64,000 nt of DNA, from assembly GCF_963921235.1 (NCBI RefSeq), contig NC_086108.1:13268001-13332000 (forward strand), given 5' to 3'. Under the pieces are notes generated by a model that saw only the letters and a program-made list of their open reading frames with translations, did not search any database and was not told the DNA's origin. A program made the position numbers and the translations under genes. Of the stretch, positions 46,095-57,954 are shown one piece after another. This DNA comes from Mobula hypostoma. Its lineage: Eukaryota. Numbering within the stretch: the stretch's first letter is position 1; every line of letters begins with the position of its first letter.

Positions 46095-49000
46095 AATTAT
46101 GCTCTCCCCGTAATTGTGTGCATTTCCCCCGGGTGTTCCAATTTCCTCCCACATTCCAAATGTGTACTATTAGGGTCACTGAGTTGTGGGCATACCATTA
46201 GGGTCGCTGAGTTGTGGGTGTACCATTAGGGTTGCTGAGTTGTGGGCGTACTATCGTACCATTAGGGTTGCTGAGTTGTGGGCGTACTATTAGGGTCACT
46301 GAGTTGTGGGCATACCATTAGGGTCGCTGAGTTGTGGGTGTACCATTAGGGTTGCTGAGTTGTGGGCGTACTATCGTACCATTAGGGTTGCTGAGTTGGC
46401 ATACTATTAGGGTCGCTGAGTTGTGGGCATACCATTAGGGTCGCTGAGTTGTGGGCGTACCATTAGGGTCGCGGAATTGTGGGCGTACCATTAGGGTTGC
46501 TGAGTTGTGGGCGCACCATTAGGGTCGCGGAATTGTGGGCGTACCATTAGGGTTGCTGAGTTGTGGGCGTACCATTAGGGTTGCGGAGTTGTGGGCGTAC
46601 CATTAGGGTCGCGGAATTGTGGGCGTACCATTAGGGTTGCTGAGTTGTGGGCGCACCATTAGGGTCGCGGAATTGTGGGCGTACCATTAGGGTTGCTGAG
46701 TTGTGGGCGTACCATTAGGGTTGCGGAGTTGTGGGCATACCATTAGGGTCGCTGAGTTGTGGGCGTACCATTAGGGTCGCTGAGTTGTGGGCATACTATT
46801 AGGGTCACTGAGTTGTGGGCGTACCATTAGGGTCGCTGAGTTGTGGGCATACTATTAGGGTCACTGAGTTGTGGGCATACCATTAAGGTTGCTGCGTTGT
46901 GGGCATACTATTAGGGTCACTGAGTTGTGGGCGTACCATTAGGGTTGCGGAGTTGTGGGCGTACCATTAGGGTTGCTGAGTTGTGGGCGTACTATCGTAC
47001 CATTAGGGTTGCTGAGTTGTGGGCGTACCATTAGGGTTGCTGAGTTGTGGGCGTACTATCGTACCATTAGGGTTGCTGAGTTGTGGGCGTACCATTAGGG
47101 TTGCGGAGTTGTGGGCGTACCATTAGGGTTGCTGAGTTGTGGGCGTACTATTAGGGTCGCTGAGTTGTGGGCGTACCATTAGGGTCGCTGAGTTGTGGGC
47201 GTACTATTAAGGTTGCTGAGTTGTGGGCGTACCATTAGGGTTGCTGAGTTGTGGGCGTACCATTAGGGTTGCTGAGTTGTGGGCGTACTATCGTACCATT
47301 AGGGTTGCTGAGTTGTGGGCGTACCATTAGGGTTGCGGAGTTGTGGGCGTACCATTAGGGTTGCTGAGTTGTGGGCGTACTATTAGGGTCGCTGAGTTGT
47401 GGGCGTACCATTAGGGTCGCTGAGTTGTGGGCGTACTATTAAGGTTGCTGAGTTGTGGGCGTACCATTAGGGTTGCGGAGTTGTGGGCGTACTATTAGGG
47501 TTGCTGAGTTGTGGGCGTACTATTAGGGTTGCGGAGTTGTGGGCGTACTATTAGGGTTGCTGAGTTGTGGGCATACCATTAGGGTTGCTGAGTTGTGGGC
47601 GTACTATCGTACCATTAGGGTTGCTGAGTTGTGGGCGTACTATTAGGGTCGCTGAGTTGTGGGCGTACCATTAGGGTTGCGGAGTTGTGGGCGTACTATT
47701 AGGGTTGCTGAGTTGTGGGCATACTATTAGGGTTGCTGAGTTGTGGGCGTACCATTAGGGTTGCGGAGTTGTGGGCGTACCATTAGGGTCACTGAGTTGT
47801 GGGCATACTATTAGGGTTGCTGAGTTGTGGGCGTACTATTAGGGTTGCGGAGTTGTGGGCGTACCATTAGGGTCACTGAGTTGTGGGCATACTATTAGGG
47901 TTGCTGAGTTGTGGGCGTACCATTAGGGTCGCTGAGTTGTGGGCGTACTATTAGGGTCGCGGAGTTGTGGGCGTACTATTAGGGTCGCGGAGTTGTGGGT
48001 GTACTATTAGGGTCGCTGAGTTGTGGGCGTACTATTAGGGTCGCTGAGTTGTGGGCGTACTATTAGGGTCGCTGAGTTGTGGGCATACCATTAGGGTCAC
48101 TGAGTTTTGGGCGTACCATTAGGGTTGCTGAGTTGTGGGCGTACCATTAGGGTTGCTGAGTTGTGGGCGTACCATTAGGGTTGCGGAGTTGTGGGCGTAC
48201 CATTAGGGTTGCTGAGTTGTGGGCGTACTATTAGGGTTGCTGAGTTGTGGGCGTACTATTAGGGTCGCTGAGTTGTGGGCGTACCATTAGGGTCGCTGAG
48301 TTGTGGGCGTACTATTAAGGTTGCTGAGTTGTGGGCGTACCATTAGGGTTGCGGAGTTGTGGGCGTACTATTAGGGTTGCTGAGTTGTGGGCGTACTATT
48401 AGGGTTGCGGAGTTGTGGGCGTACTATTAGGGTTGCTGAGTTGTGGGCATACCATTAGGGTTGCTGAGTTGTGGGCGTACTATCGTACCATTAGGGTTGC
48501 TGAGTTGTGGGCGTACTATTAGGGTCGCTGAGTTGTGGGCGTACCATTAGGGTTGCGGAGTTGTGGGCGTACTATTAGGGTTGCTGAGTTGTGGGCATAC
48601 TATTAGGGTTGCTGAGTTGTGGGCGTACCATTAGGGTTGCGGAGTTGTGGGCGTACCATTAGGGTCACTGAGTTGTGGGCATACTATTAGGGTTGCTGAG
48701 TTGTGGGCGTACTATTAGGGTTTCGGAGTTGTGGGCGTACCATTAGGGTCACTGAGTTGTGGGCATACTATTAGGGTTGCTGAGTTGTGGGCGTACCATT
48801 AGGGTTGCTGAGTTGTGGGCGTACTATTAGGGTCGCGGAGTTGTGGGCGTACTATTAGGGTCGCGGAGTTGTGGGTGTACTATTAGGGTCGCGGAGTTGT
48901 GGGCGTACTATTAGGGTCGCTGAGTTGTGGGCGTACTATTAGGGTCGCTGAGTTGTGGGCATACCATTAGGGTCGCTGAGTTTTGGGCGTACCATTAGGG

Positions 49001-49485
49001 TTGCTGAGTTGTGGGCGTACCATTAGGGTTGCTGAGTTGTGGGCGTACCATTAGGGTTGCGGAGTTGTGGGCATACTATTAGGGTCACTGAGTTGTGGGC
49101 GTACCATTACGGTTGCTGAGTTGTGGGCGTACCATTAGGGTTGCGGAGTTGTGGGCGTACTATTAGGGTTGCTGAGTTGTGGGCGTACTATTAGGGTTGC
49201 GGAGTTGTGGGCGTACTATTAGGGTTGCTGAGTTGTGGGCGTACTATTAGGGTTGCGGAGTTGTGGACATACTATTAGGGTTGCTGAGTTGTGGGCGTAC
49301 CATTAGGGTTGCTGAGTTGTGGGCGTACCATTACGGTTGCTGAGTTGTGGGCATACTATTTTGCTGGCACAAGTGTGGCGACACTTGAGGACTGCCCAGT
49401 AGAATCCTTGCTGATCTGATTTTTCAAAACAATGCCATATTTTCAATGTACATGTAACAAGTAAAGTTCATCTTTTTCATCTTTG
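46095..49485 (+). mobile_element. SINE (V-SINE-like core) hosting the 28-bp array
   Basis: Left flank TCTCCCCG..CCCGGGTGTTCCAATTTCCTCCCACATTCCAAA resembles the V-domain; right flank GTGGCGACACTTG...ATGTACATGTAACAAGTAAAG resembles a LINE-like tail. Confidence 0.6.
46165..49360 (+). repeat. 28-bp tandem repeat, ~114 copies (ACYATTAGGGTYGCTGAGTTGTGGGCGT)
   Basis: TTAGGG recurs every 28 bp (e.g. 46463, 46491); occasional 8-bp TATCGTAC insertions. Confidence 0.97.
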
Positions 49486-50323
49486 GTCTCATCAATGATT
49501 CATATACCTCCACACCAGCATTTTGAGAGTGAAGCACTGAGACACCCAAATCTAAACCCTGAAACCTCAGACCACTGAGATTTTACCTTCACAGCCAAAA
49601 TGGAAAATATCATAGCTTCCCACATTGTACTCCATTGGAGTACATAAGGTTTTTGCCTGCTAATTTAATCCATCAATATCTTTTAGAAACCTACTTCACT
49701 AAATCTCCAACTTTACAAAACACATTTTGTCCTCATGCACTCCCCTACATTCTGTGAAATGGATCTTAACTGTTCTGCTCAGTGATTCTCCAATGGATAT
49801 GTACTTTCCCCACTGATAACAGCACATTTTTTTACAATTGCCCCTGTAAGGATGTAGAGGCCCCTTGATCAGATTTCAGTCAGTCCTGATCAGATTTCTG
49901 GTTGGTTAAACATTGACTCTTATTCTAGATTACTGCTACTGCACGTCTGTCAATGACCAAGCTTACTACTTGTTGCTTATTTTTATCAGTGATGTTGGTA
50001 TCTCAGCCGCCTCAAGAAGTGGAGTTCTGTACAGTACTGTGACAAGAGACCTTGATGAGGATGGTTTGGATCCAAGTACTGGAGTATCGGAGGCTGGAAT
50101 CGAGACACGGTATAAAGCTGGAACAAGAACAAAATGCTTAACGATATCTCTAGTTAGGCTTACAATTGAGCACCAAACCTCAATTCAGGTGCTCTTTCAA
50201 TACTCCATTCCTGGCACCCAAAACATGATTGCCAATTAGCGGGGCCATCCTGAACCCTTAAAGGGGCCACACCAGCTATCCATACTCCGGAGAGTTAGAG
50301 CATCTAAACCCCGGGGAGTTAGA

Positions 50324-51847
50324 GCATTAGTGATAATTTTTCAAAACTCGTTAGATTCTGGACTAGTTCCTGAGGATTGGAGGGTGGCTAATGTAACCCC
50401 ACTTTTTAAAAAAGGAGGGAGAGAGAAACCGGGGAATTGTAGACCGGTTAGCCTAACGTCGGTGGTGGGGAAACTGCTGGAGTCGGTTATCAAGGATGTG
50501 ATAACAGCACATTTGGAAAGCGGTGAAATGATCGGACAAAGTCAGCATGGATTTGTGAAAGGAAAATCATGTCTGACGAATCTCATAGAATTTTTTGAGG
50601 ATGTAACTAGTAGAGTGGATAGGGGAGAACCAGTGGATGTGGTATATTTGGATTTTCAAAAGGCTTTTGACAAGGTCCCACACAGGAGATTAGTGTGCAA
50701 ACTTAAAGCACACGGTATTGGGGGTAAGGTATTGGTGTGGGTGGAGAATTGGTTAGCAGACAGGAAGCAAAGAGTGGGAATAAACGGGACCTTTTCAGAA
50801 TGGCAGGCGGTGACTAGTGGGGTACCGCAAGGCTCAGTGCTGGGACCCCAGTTGGTTACAATATATATTAATGACTTGGATGAGGGAATTAAATGCAGCA
50901 TCTCCAAGTTTGCGGATGACACGAAGCTGGGTGGCAGTGTTAGCAGTGAGGAGGATGCTAAGAGGATGCAGGGTGACTTGGATAGGTTGGGTGAGTGGGC
51001 AAATTCATGGCAGATGCAATTTAATGTGGATAAATGTGAAGTTATCCACTTTGGTGGCAAAAATAGGAAAACAGATTATTATCTGAATGGTGGCCGATTT
51101 GGAAAAGGGGAGGTGCAACGAGACCTGGGTGTCATTATACACCAGTCATTGAAAGTGGGCATGCAGGTACAGCAGGCGGTGAAAAAGGCGAATGGTATGC
51201 TGGCATTTATAGCGAGAGGATTCGAGTACAGGAGCAGGGAGGTACTACTGCAGTTGTACAAGGCCTTGGTGAGACCACACCTGGAGTATTGTGTGCAGTT
51301 TTGGTCCCCTAATCTGAGGAAAGACATCTTTGCCATAGAGAGAGTACAAAGAGGGTTCACAAAATTGATTCCTGGGATGGCAGGACTTTCATATGAAGAA
51401 AGACTGGATGAATTGGGCTTTTACTCGTTGGAATTTAGAAGATTGAGGGGGGATCTGATTGAAACGTATAAGATCCTAAAGGGATTGGACAGGCTAGATG
51501 CAGGAAGATTGTTCCCGATGTTGGGGAAGTCCAGAACGAGGGGCCACAGTTTGAGGATAGAGGGGAAGCCTTTTAGGACCGAGATTAGGAAAAACTTCTT
51601 CACACAGAGAGTGGTGAATCTGTGGAATTATCTGCCACAGGAAACAGTTGAGGCCAGTTCATTGGCTATATTTAAGAGGGAGTTAGATATGGCCCTTGTG
51701 GCTACGGGGGTCAGGGGGTATGGAGGGAAGGCTGGGGCGGGGTTCTGAGTTGGATGATCAGCCATGATCATAATAAATGGCGGTGCAGGCTCGAAGGGCC
51801 GAATGGCCTACTCCTGCACCTATTTTCTATGTTTCTATGTTTCTATG
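50324..51847 (+). mobile_element. Young 5'-truncated CR1 with an open RT frame (472 aa)
   Basis: ORF 50330-51748: YLDFQKAFDKV, GVPQGSVLGP, SKFADDTKL; (TTCTATGT)n tail. Confidence 0.96.
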
Positions 51848-52414
51848 AAACTGGTGTGGTTGAGAGCGTGTCATAACAGGACCCTCTCCCCTACAGGTGA
51901 CTCCTGATGGCCCTGGCTGCTCGGAGATGTGGTGATAATAGTTGTGGGTGAGCGATAGATCCAAGATGCCTCTTTCAGGGCACCCAGCACCTCTCCTCGG
52001 GCCTGAATCCTTCCCAGTTCATGAGGTACTGCTGAAGTCCTAAACAGTGCATGAGTCCAAGAGTCCTCATGAAGGCCTGTTCCCCATCGAAAAACCTGGG
52101 TGGTGGTGGGGGCTAAGGGGCTGGTGCTTAGTTTGGAGATGTGGAAAGTGGGATTGATCCTTGGGGAGCTGCAAGGTGTAAGCCACCAGGTTTACTTCTC
52201 TCAAGACTTTGAAGGATCCAGCGAACTTGGGTACCAAATTTCCAGACTCCACCTGGAGAGGCAAATCCTGAGTGGACAGCCAGCCCTATTGCCCAAGCTG
52301 CAAAGTGGGCTCATATTCTCCTATGTTTTGCCTTGGTCTCTGCATTCTGGGTAGAGGCCAGAAAAATCTCTCTTGCCTTGGTCCATTTCTGCTTGCAGCA
52401 TTGGGTGAGATCTT

Positions 52415-53240
52415 CATAAGACCATAAGACAGAGGAGCAGAAGTAGGCCATTCAGCCAATCGAGTCTGCTCTGCCATTTTATCATGAGCTGATCCATTTT
52501 CTCCTATTTAGTCCCACTCCCCTGCCTTCTCACCATAACCTTTGATGCCCTGGCTACTCAGGTACCTATCAATCTCTGCCTTAAATACACCCAATGACTT
52601 GGCCTCCACTGCTGCCCGTGGCAACAAATTCCATAGATTCACCACCCTCTGGCTAAAAAAATTTCTTCGCATTTCTGTTCTGAATGGGCACCCTTCAATC
52701 CTTAAGTCATGCCCTCTTGTACTAGACTCCCCCATCATGGGAAACAACTTTGCCGCATCCACTCTGTCCATGCCTTTTAACATTTGAAATGTTTCTATGA
52801 GGTCTCCCCTCATTCTTCTAAACTCCAAGGAATACAGTCCAAGAGTGGACAAACGTTCCTCATATGTTAACCCTCTCATTCCTGGAATCATTCTAGTGAA
52901 TCTTCTCTGTACCCTCTCCAACGTCAGCACATCCTTTCTTAAATAAGGAGACCAAAACTGCCCACAGTGCTCCAAGTGAGGTCTCACCAGTGCCTTATAG
53001 AGCCTCAACATCACATCCCTGCTCCTCTACTCTATTCCTCTAGAAATGAATGCCAACATTGCATTTGCCTTCTTCACTACTGACTCAACCTGGAGGTTAA
53101 CTTTAAGGGTATCCTGTACGAGGACTCCCAAGTCCTGTTGCATCTCAGAACTTTGAATTCTTTCCCCATTTAAATAATAGTCTGCCCGTTTATTTTTTCT
53201 GCCAAAGTGCATAACCATACACTTTCCAACATTGTACTTC
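52415..53240 (-). mobile_element. CR1 3' fragment inserted in the chromovirus integrase
   Basis: ORFs 52508-53014 and 53027-53371; tail CATAAGACCATAAGAC; ATCTTCA on both sides as a probable TSD. Confidence 0.9.
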
Positions 53241-55439
53241 ATCTTCAGCCGCAGGGAACCTAACCTCGGCCTCCTGCTCCAGGAAGAGTGGTGGAGGATA
53301 ACCAAACTGGCACTCGAACGGTGTCGTCCTGTGCATCGAATGCTGTAAGGTGTTGTGGGCAATCTCTGCACACATCAAATGGTTACACAACTCATCAGGT
53401 CTTTCTAAAGCCAGGCATCTTAGGGTTCATTCCAAATCTTGGTTGGTTTGCTCTGATTGGCCATTGGAAAGACTCGCTGTTCCCCCAGTCAGCTTATAGG
53501 ATACCCTCCAGAAACGTGATGTGAATTGTGGACCACGATCTGAGACAATGTCCATAAGAATCCGTGGATCCTGACGACCTGGTCCAGGACAATTTCGGCT
53601 ATCTCCGCTGCACATGGTAGCTTCTCCAAGGTAATGAACTTGCGGGCTTTCAGAAACAGATCAACAGTTTCCATGATGACCGTCTTCCCCTTGGTTGGCA
53701 GGGCTCCTTGTTCCGGGCGCGCACCTCACATACCTGTACGTACTGACAAACCTCTCTCATCATTCTGGGCCACCAATACCTCTTCTTAATAAACTGGAGG
53801 GTCCTGGCAATCCCTGGGAGAGTGGCCATTCTCAATGAATGTCCCCATTGGAGGACCTGAGTCCGGACAGAACTTGGGATGAACAGCTGACCCAGAGGAC
53901 CGTTTTTAGGGATCTCCACTTTTGCTCGGACCTTGCAAACAAGAGCGTCGATTTCCAAATGAATTGGCAGTATCACCTTGGCCTGGGGCAAAATGGTGGT
54001 GGGCTTCTCCTCTCATTCCAGTTCATCAAACTGATGGGACAGGCTTCTGGTTCTTAGACCCGGTTCGATAGGTCAGGATGAAATTAAACCAGTTAAAGAA
54101 CAAAGACCACTTGGCCTCTCGGCCTCCTGAATATAAGCTAGGTTCTTGTGGTCTGTCCAAATGATGCAAGGGTTCTTGGCCCCCTTAACCACAAGAAGCT
54201 TCCCATTCCTGAAGTCATAGTTATTCTCTGCCAGGGATAGCTGCCTGGAGAAGAATGCACACGGGTGGAGTTCATCATCTGAAGGTGATCATTGAGACAA
54301 CAATGCACCCACTCCGATGTCTGAGTAGTCCACCTGCATGGTGAAGGAAGGTCCGGGTTAGGAGAAACAAAGATGGGAGCTGATGTGAACCGTTGTTAAA
54401 GCCCTGTGAAAGCAGCCTCCGCTTCAGTAGTCCAGACAAAAGGGCCTGTGGATTTCTTAGTTAGCACCATCAGTGGAGCTGCTACTGAACTGAAGTTTCT
54501 GATGAACTTCCGTTTGAAGTTTGCAAACCCCAGGAATCATTGGACCTGTTTGACACTGGATGGTGGTGGCCAGTCTCTGACTGCCTGGGTCTTGGTAGGG
54601 ACCATCTTGAGATTGCCATTGGAGATGATGAAACACAAAAATGAAATGGTCATTGCATGAAATTCAAACTTTTCCAGCAGGACATAGTGTATGGTCTAGA
54701 AATCTCTTTAAGACATTTCTGACCTGAGCGACGTGCTCCTCCATGGACTTTGAGAAGATTAGGCTATCATCCAAGTAAACAAAGGCAAACTTATGGAGAG
54801 TATCCCAGACCACGTCATTTATAAAGGACTGAAAGACTGCTGGAGCGTACACAAGACTGAAGGGTATAACCAAGTACTCATGGTTCCCCGTCAGTTTATT
54901 GAATGTAGTTTTCCACTCATCGCCCTCCTTTATACAGAAAGATTGAATGCACTCCATAGGTCTACCTTTTTGAACATCCTTGCTCCTTGGAGCATCTCGA
55001 AGGGTGTATTTATGAGTGGAAGGAGGTAATGATTCTTGGTCATTATGCAGCTTAACCCCCTAAAATCAATGCATGCCCACAAGCTCCCATCTTTCTTTTG
55101 TACGAAGATGAAGCCTGTGCTGGCAGGTGTGGTGGAGGGCCGAATAAAGCCCGTGGTAAGAGCTTCCTTTATATACTCTTTCCTTCTCTCTGGGCCTGAC
55201 AGCATGTACAATAGACCCCGCGGGGGACAAGTACCGGACAGAAGAGGTGACTTGTACAAGAGGAATGGATGACTCCTGAAATGGAGCAAGTTTTGCTAAT
55301 GCTGTTCGTGTGGTTTTAACCTAATCTTGCAGAGGATTCATTCCCCAAGTCTAACAATTAAGAAAATTGACGCAAATATAGACCTTTAAGCAAATTTAAT
55401 AGGCAGACCAAGCTGGAACAGGACAAAAAGTAAGGATAA

Positions 55440-57950
55440 GTTAACCTGCATTAATTTTCATGCAAGAGGCCTGACAACTGAGGCAGAGGAACACAGTAAA
55501 TGGAAATGCAGGGGCAGGATAGGTATATGGAACTGGAATATTAGAGCCATTACAAAAACATGGTTGACAGAGGGACGGGACTGAAGCTCAATGTTCTGGG
55601 GTGCAAATGCTACAGGTGAGATAGACTTGGAGGATTTTGCATTTCCAATTAGAAAGAACATCACAGTACTTCAAGAGGATATTACTGGGGTTCATCTAGA
55701 GAGGTATATGCATAGATTTTAAAGGTAGAAGGGGAAGATTCCTTTATTGGGATTGTATCATATGCCCCCCAACAATCCACAGGAATTAGAGTAAATACGT
55801 AGGGAATTCACTTATCAGTGTTGGTATAATAAGGTTGTAATAGCGGGTGATTTTAACTTTCCTCATACTGACTTGGGGTTATGATAATAATATGTTTGAT
55901 GAAGTGAAATTTATAAATGGATCCATATATGTTTTCTCAAGAGAAGTTAAAAGGCAGTAAAGAGGACAGAAGGCATCAGGGTGGTAGATTTGTTTACAAG
56001 GTTACAAGTGGTTGGCAAGTTTGGAGGGTTAGATCACATGGGACCAAGGGAGAACCAGCAACCAGCCAATTGGATACTAAATAGGCCTGGAGGAAGGTGT
56101 CAGAGTGTAGTCGGGGGGGCGGGGGGCAAAGGGATGGTGTTGGGTCCAATATTATGGTCATCTATAACTCTAAAATGACATTGCTGTTAACATGGTTAAC
56201 AAGGTTTCTGGTGACACTAAAATTAGGATGATAAAGAAGGTTAAGACCACAACAAGATCCAGATGAAATGCTGAATTGAGCCAAGGAATGGCAGACAGAA
56301 TATAACTCAGACAGTCATCTGTAAATTACATTTTGTGCAGTTGTGCAGGATAAAAATAGGATGATGTGACTGAGGAATTGGTGCAGGGGATAGGGTTTCA
56401 GATTTCTAGATCATTGGGATCATTTCTGGGGAAGGAATGACCTGCACAAAAAGGATGGGTTATATTTAAACTTGAGGGGGACCAATATCCTTGTGGGGAG
56501 ATTTTCTAGAACTGTCGGGGAGGCTTTAAGCTACTTAGGCAGGGGAATAGGAACCAGAGTGATAGGGCACAGGATGGGGCAGTTGGTATACAAGTAGATG
56601 CCGTGTGTGGTGAGACTGTGAGGAGGGACAGGTAGATGAAAGGGCAAAGTTACTGTCTGTAGAATGGGTTGAAGTGTGTCTTTAAACTAAATAGTAGGTT
56701 GCATAGTTTGGGAAAATGAGGATAAAATAAAAGGGAAGGAGAGCGTAGGGGAGGTTATGAACATAGTCTCCAGAAAGAACAAGATGACAAAAAATTTAGA
56801 ACAGAATAAAAATTTAACTTCCGGTAACATGGAGGCAACATTGAAAAGGGTGATGAATACAAGACCAGAATTCAGTGTTATATTTTGAATAAACACAGTA
56901 TAATTAGATGATCTTGTAGCACAATTAGAAATTAGCAGGTATTACACTGTGGGCATCACTGTGTCATGGCTGAAAGAACATGATAGTTGAGCCCTTCAGA
57001 TCCAGGGATTAATTGTTTTGAAAGGACAGGCCGGTAGGTATAGGGTATGGGGTGACTCTGCTGGTGAAAAATTAAATCAAATCCTTAGAGAAAGGTGGCA
57101 TGGGATCGGAAGATTTAGAATCATTGTGGGTAATTCATTATTCACTTCTTAATTTGGGCATAAAGTTCCAAAAGGTGTGGGCACCTTTTCTTGAATATTT
57201 TCATAATTCCCGTTTAGATTAAGGGTTCATCCCTCCTTTTTCTCTTTTGCATTTAAATCCCTTACTTCCAGCTTCTTTTGGTTAAGATTCACGGTTTTTT
57301 TTTTGATGTGTAAACATATTATAGCTCAGGTAGTAGGCAATATACCTTTTTATAAACACAGCTCTGTGGTGATAAAAGTTCTGATTAACTTTTCTATATA
57401 TCGTAAAGTTGACTTGGAGTTGGGTAGTGGGAGGGTGGGGTGGTAACTAACTTTATACGATTCTACTATGGGTGCTTTTCCTTAACTGTTATGAACTGTA
57501 CATTTGGTATGTTTGTTTCACACTGTATAAACCAATTTTTTTTTACTTTTTTTTGTTGTTGCATTGTAGAAACTTATGAAAAAATTAGTTAAAAAAAAAA
57601 TCATTGTGGGTAGAGTTAAGAAACTGAAAGTTTAAAAAGACCCTGATGGGAGTTCTATCCAGGCCTTAAAACAGATGCCACAATGTGGCGTACAAATTAC
57701 AATGGAAGATAGAAAAGGCACTGTTAGAATAGGGGGATTTCAATATGCAAGGGGATTGGGAAAATCAGGTTGGTGCTTGATCCCCAGGGAAGGAATTTGT
57801 AGAATGTCTAGGAGATGGCTTTTTAGTGCAGCTTGAGGTCGAGTCAAATCGGAAAAAGGTAATTCTGGATTGGGTGTTGTGTAATGAACCAGTTTTGATT
57901 AAGGATCTTGGGGTAAAGGAACCCTTTGGAAGTAATGATCATAATGACAC
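55440..57950 (+). mobile_element. Old CR1 fragments (ORF1 end and ORF2 endonuclease)
   Basis: GFRFLDHWDHFWGRNDLHKKDGLYLN (~56390-56470), GDFN motifs, GSNDHN at ~57928. Confidence 0.75.
57133..57600 (+). mobile_element. 5'-truncated L1-clade LINE 3' end with poly(A) and TSD
   Basis: KFQKVWAPFLEYF C-terminal motif, T-rich UTR, A-tail to 57600, 14-bp duplication AATCATTGTGGGTA (57119-57132, 57599-57612). Confidence 0.8.
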
Positions 57951-57954
57951 TTTA

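Larger units (their letters stand above)
50038..55290 (-). mobile_element. Chromovirus (Sushi-like) Gypsy element: pol, chromodomain and 3' LTR
   Basis: RT ([24 protein letters not shown]); RNase H; integrase ([15 protein letters not shown]); PKFAGSFKV; chromodomain QYLMNWEGFRPEERCWVP (~51980-52035); polypurine tract 51881-51892; LTR ~50038-51878 split by a CR1. Confidence 0.85.

Noticed and set aside
46165..49360. Interstitial telomere or CRISPR array
   Set aside because: TTAGGG occurs once per 28-bp unit and never as (TTAGGG)n; no spacers
50656..51603. Minus-strand ORFs repeated at 58943-59647
   Set aside because: Antisense shadows of the CR1 RT frame, repeated only because the copies are near identical
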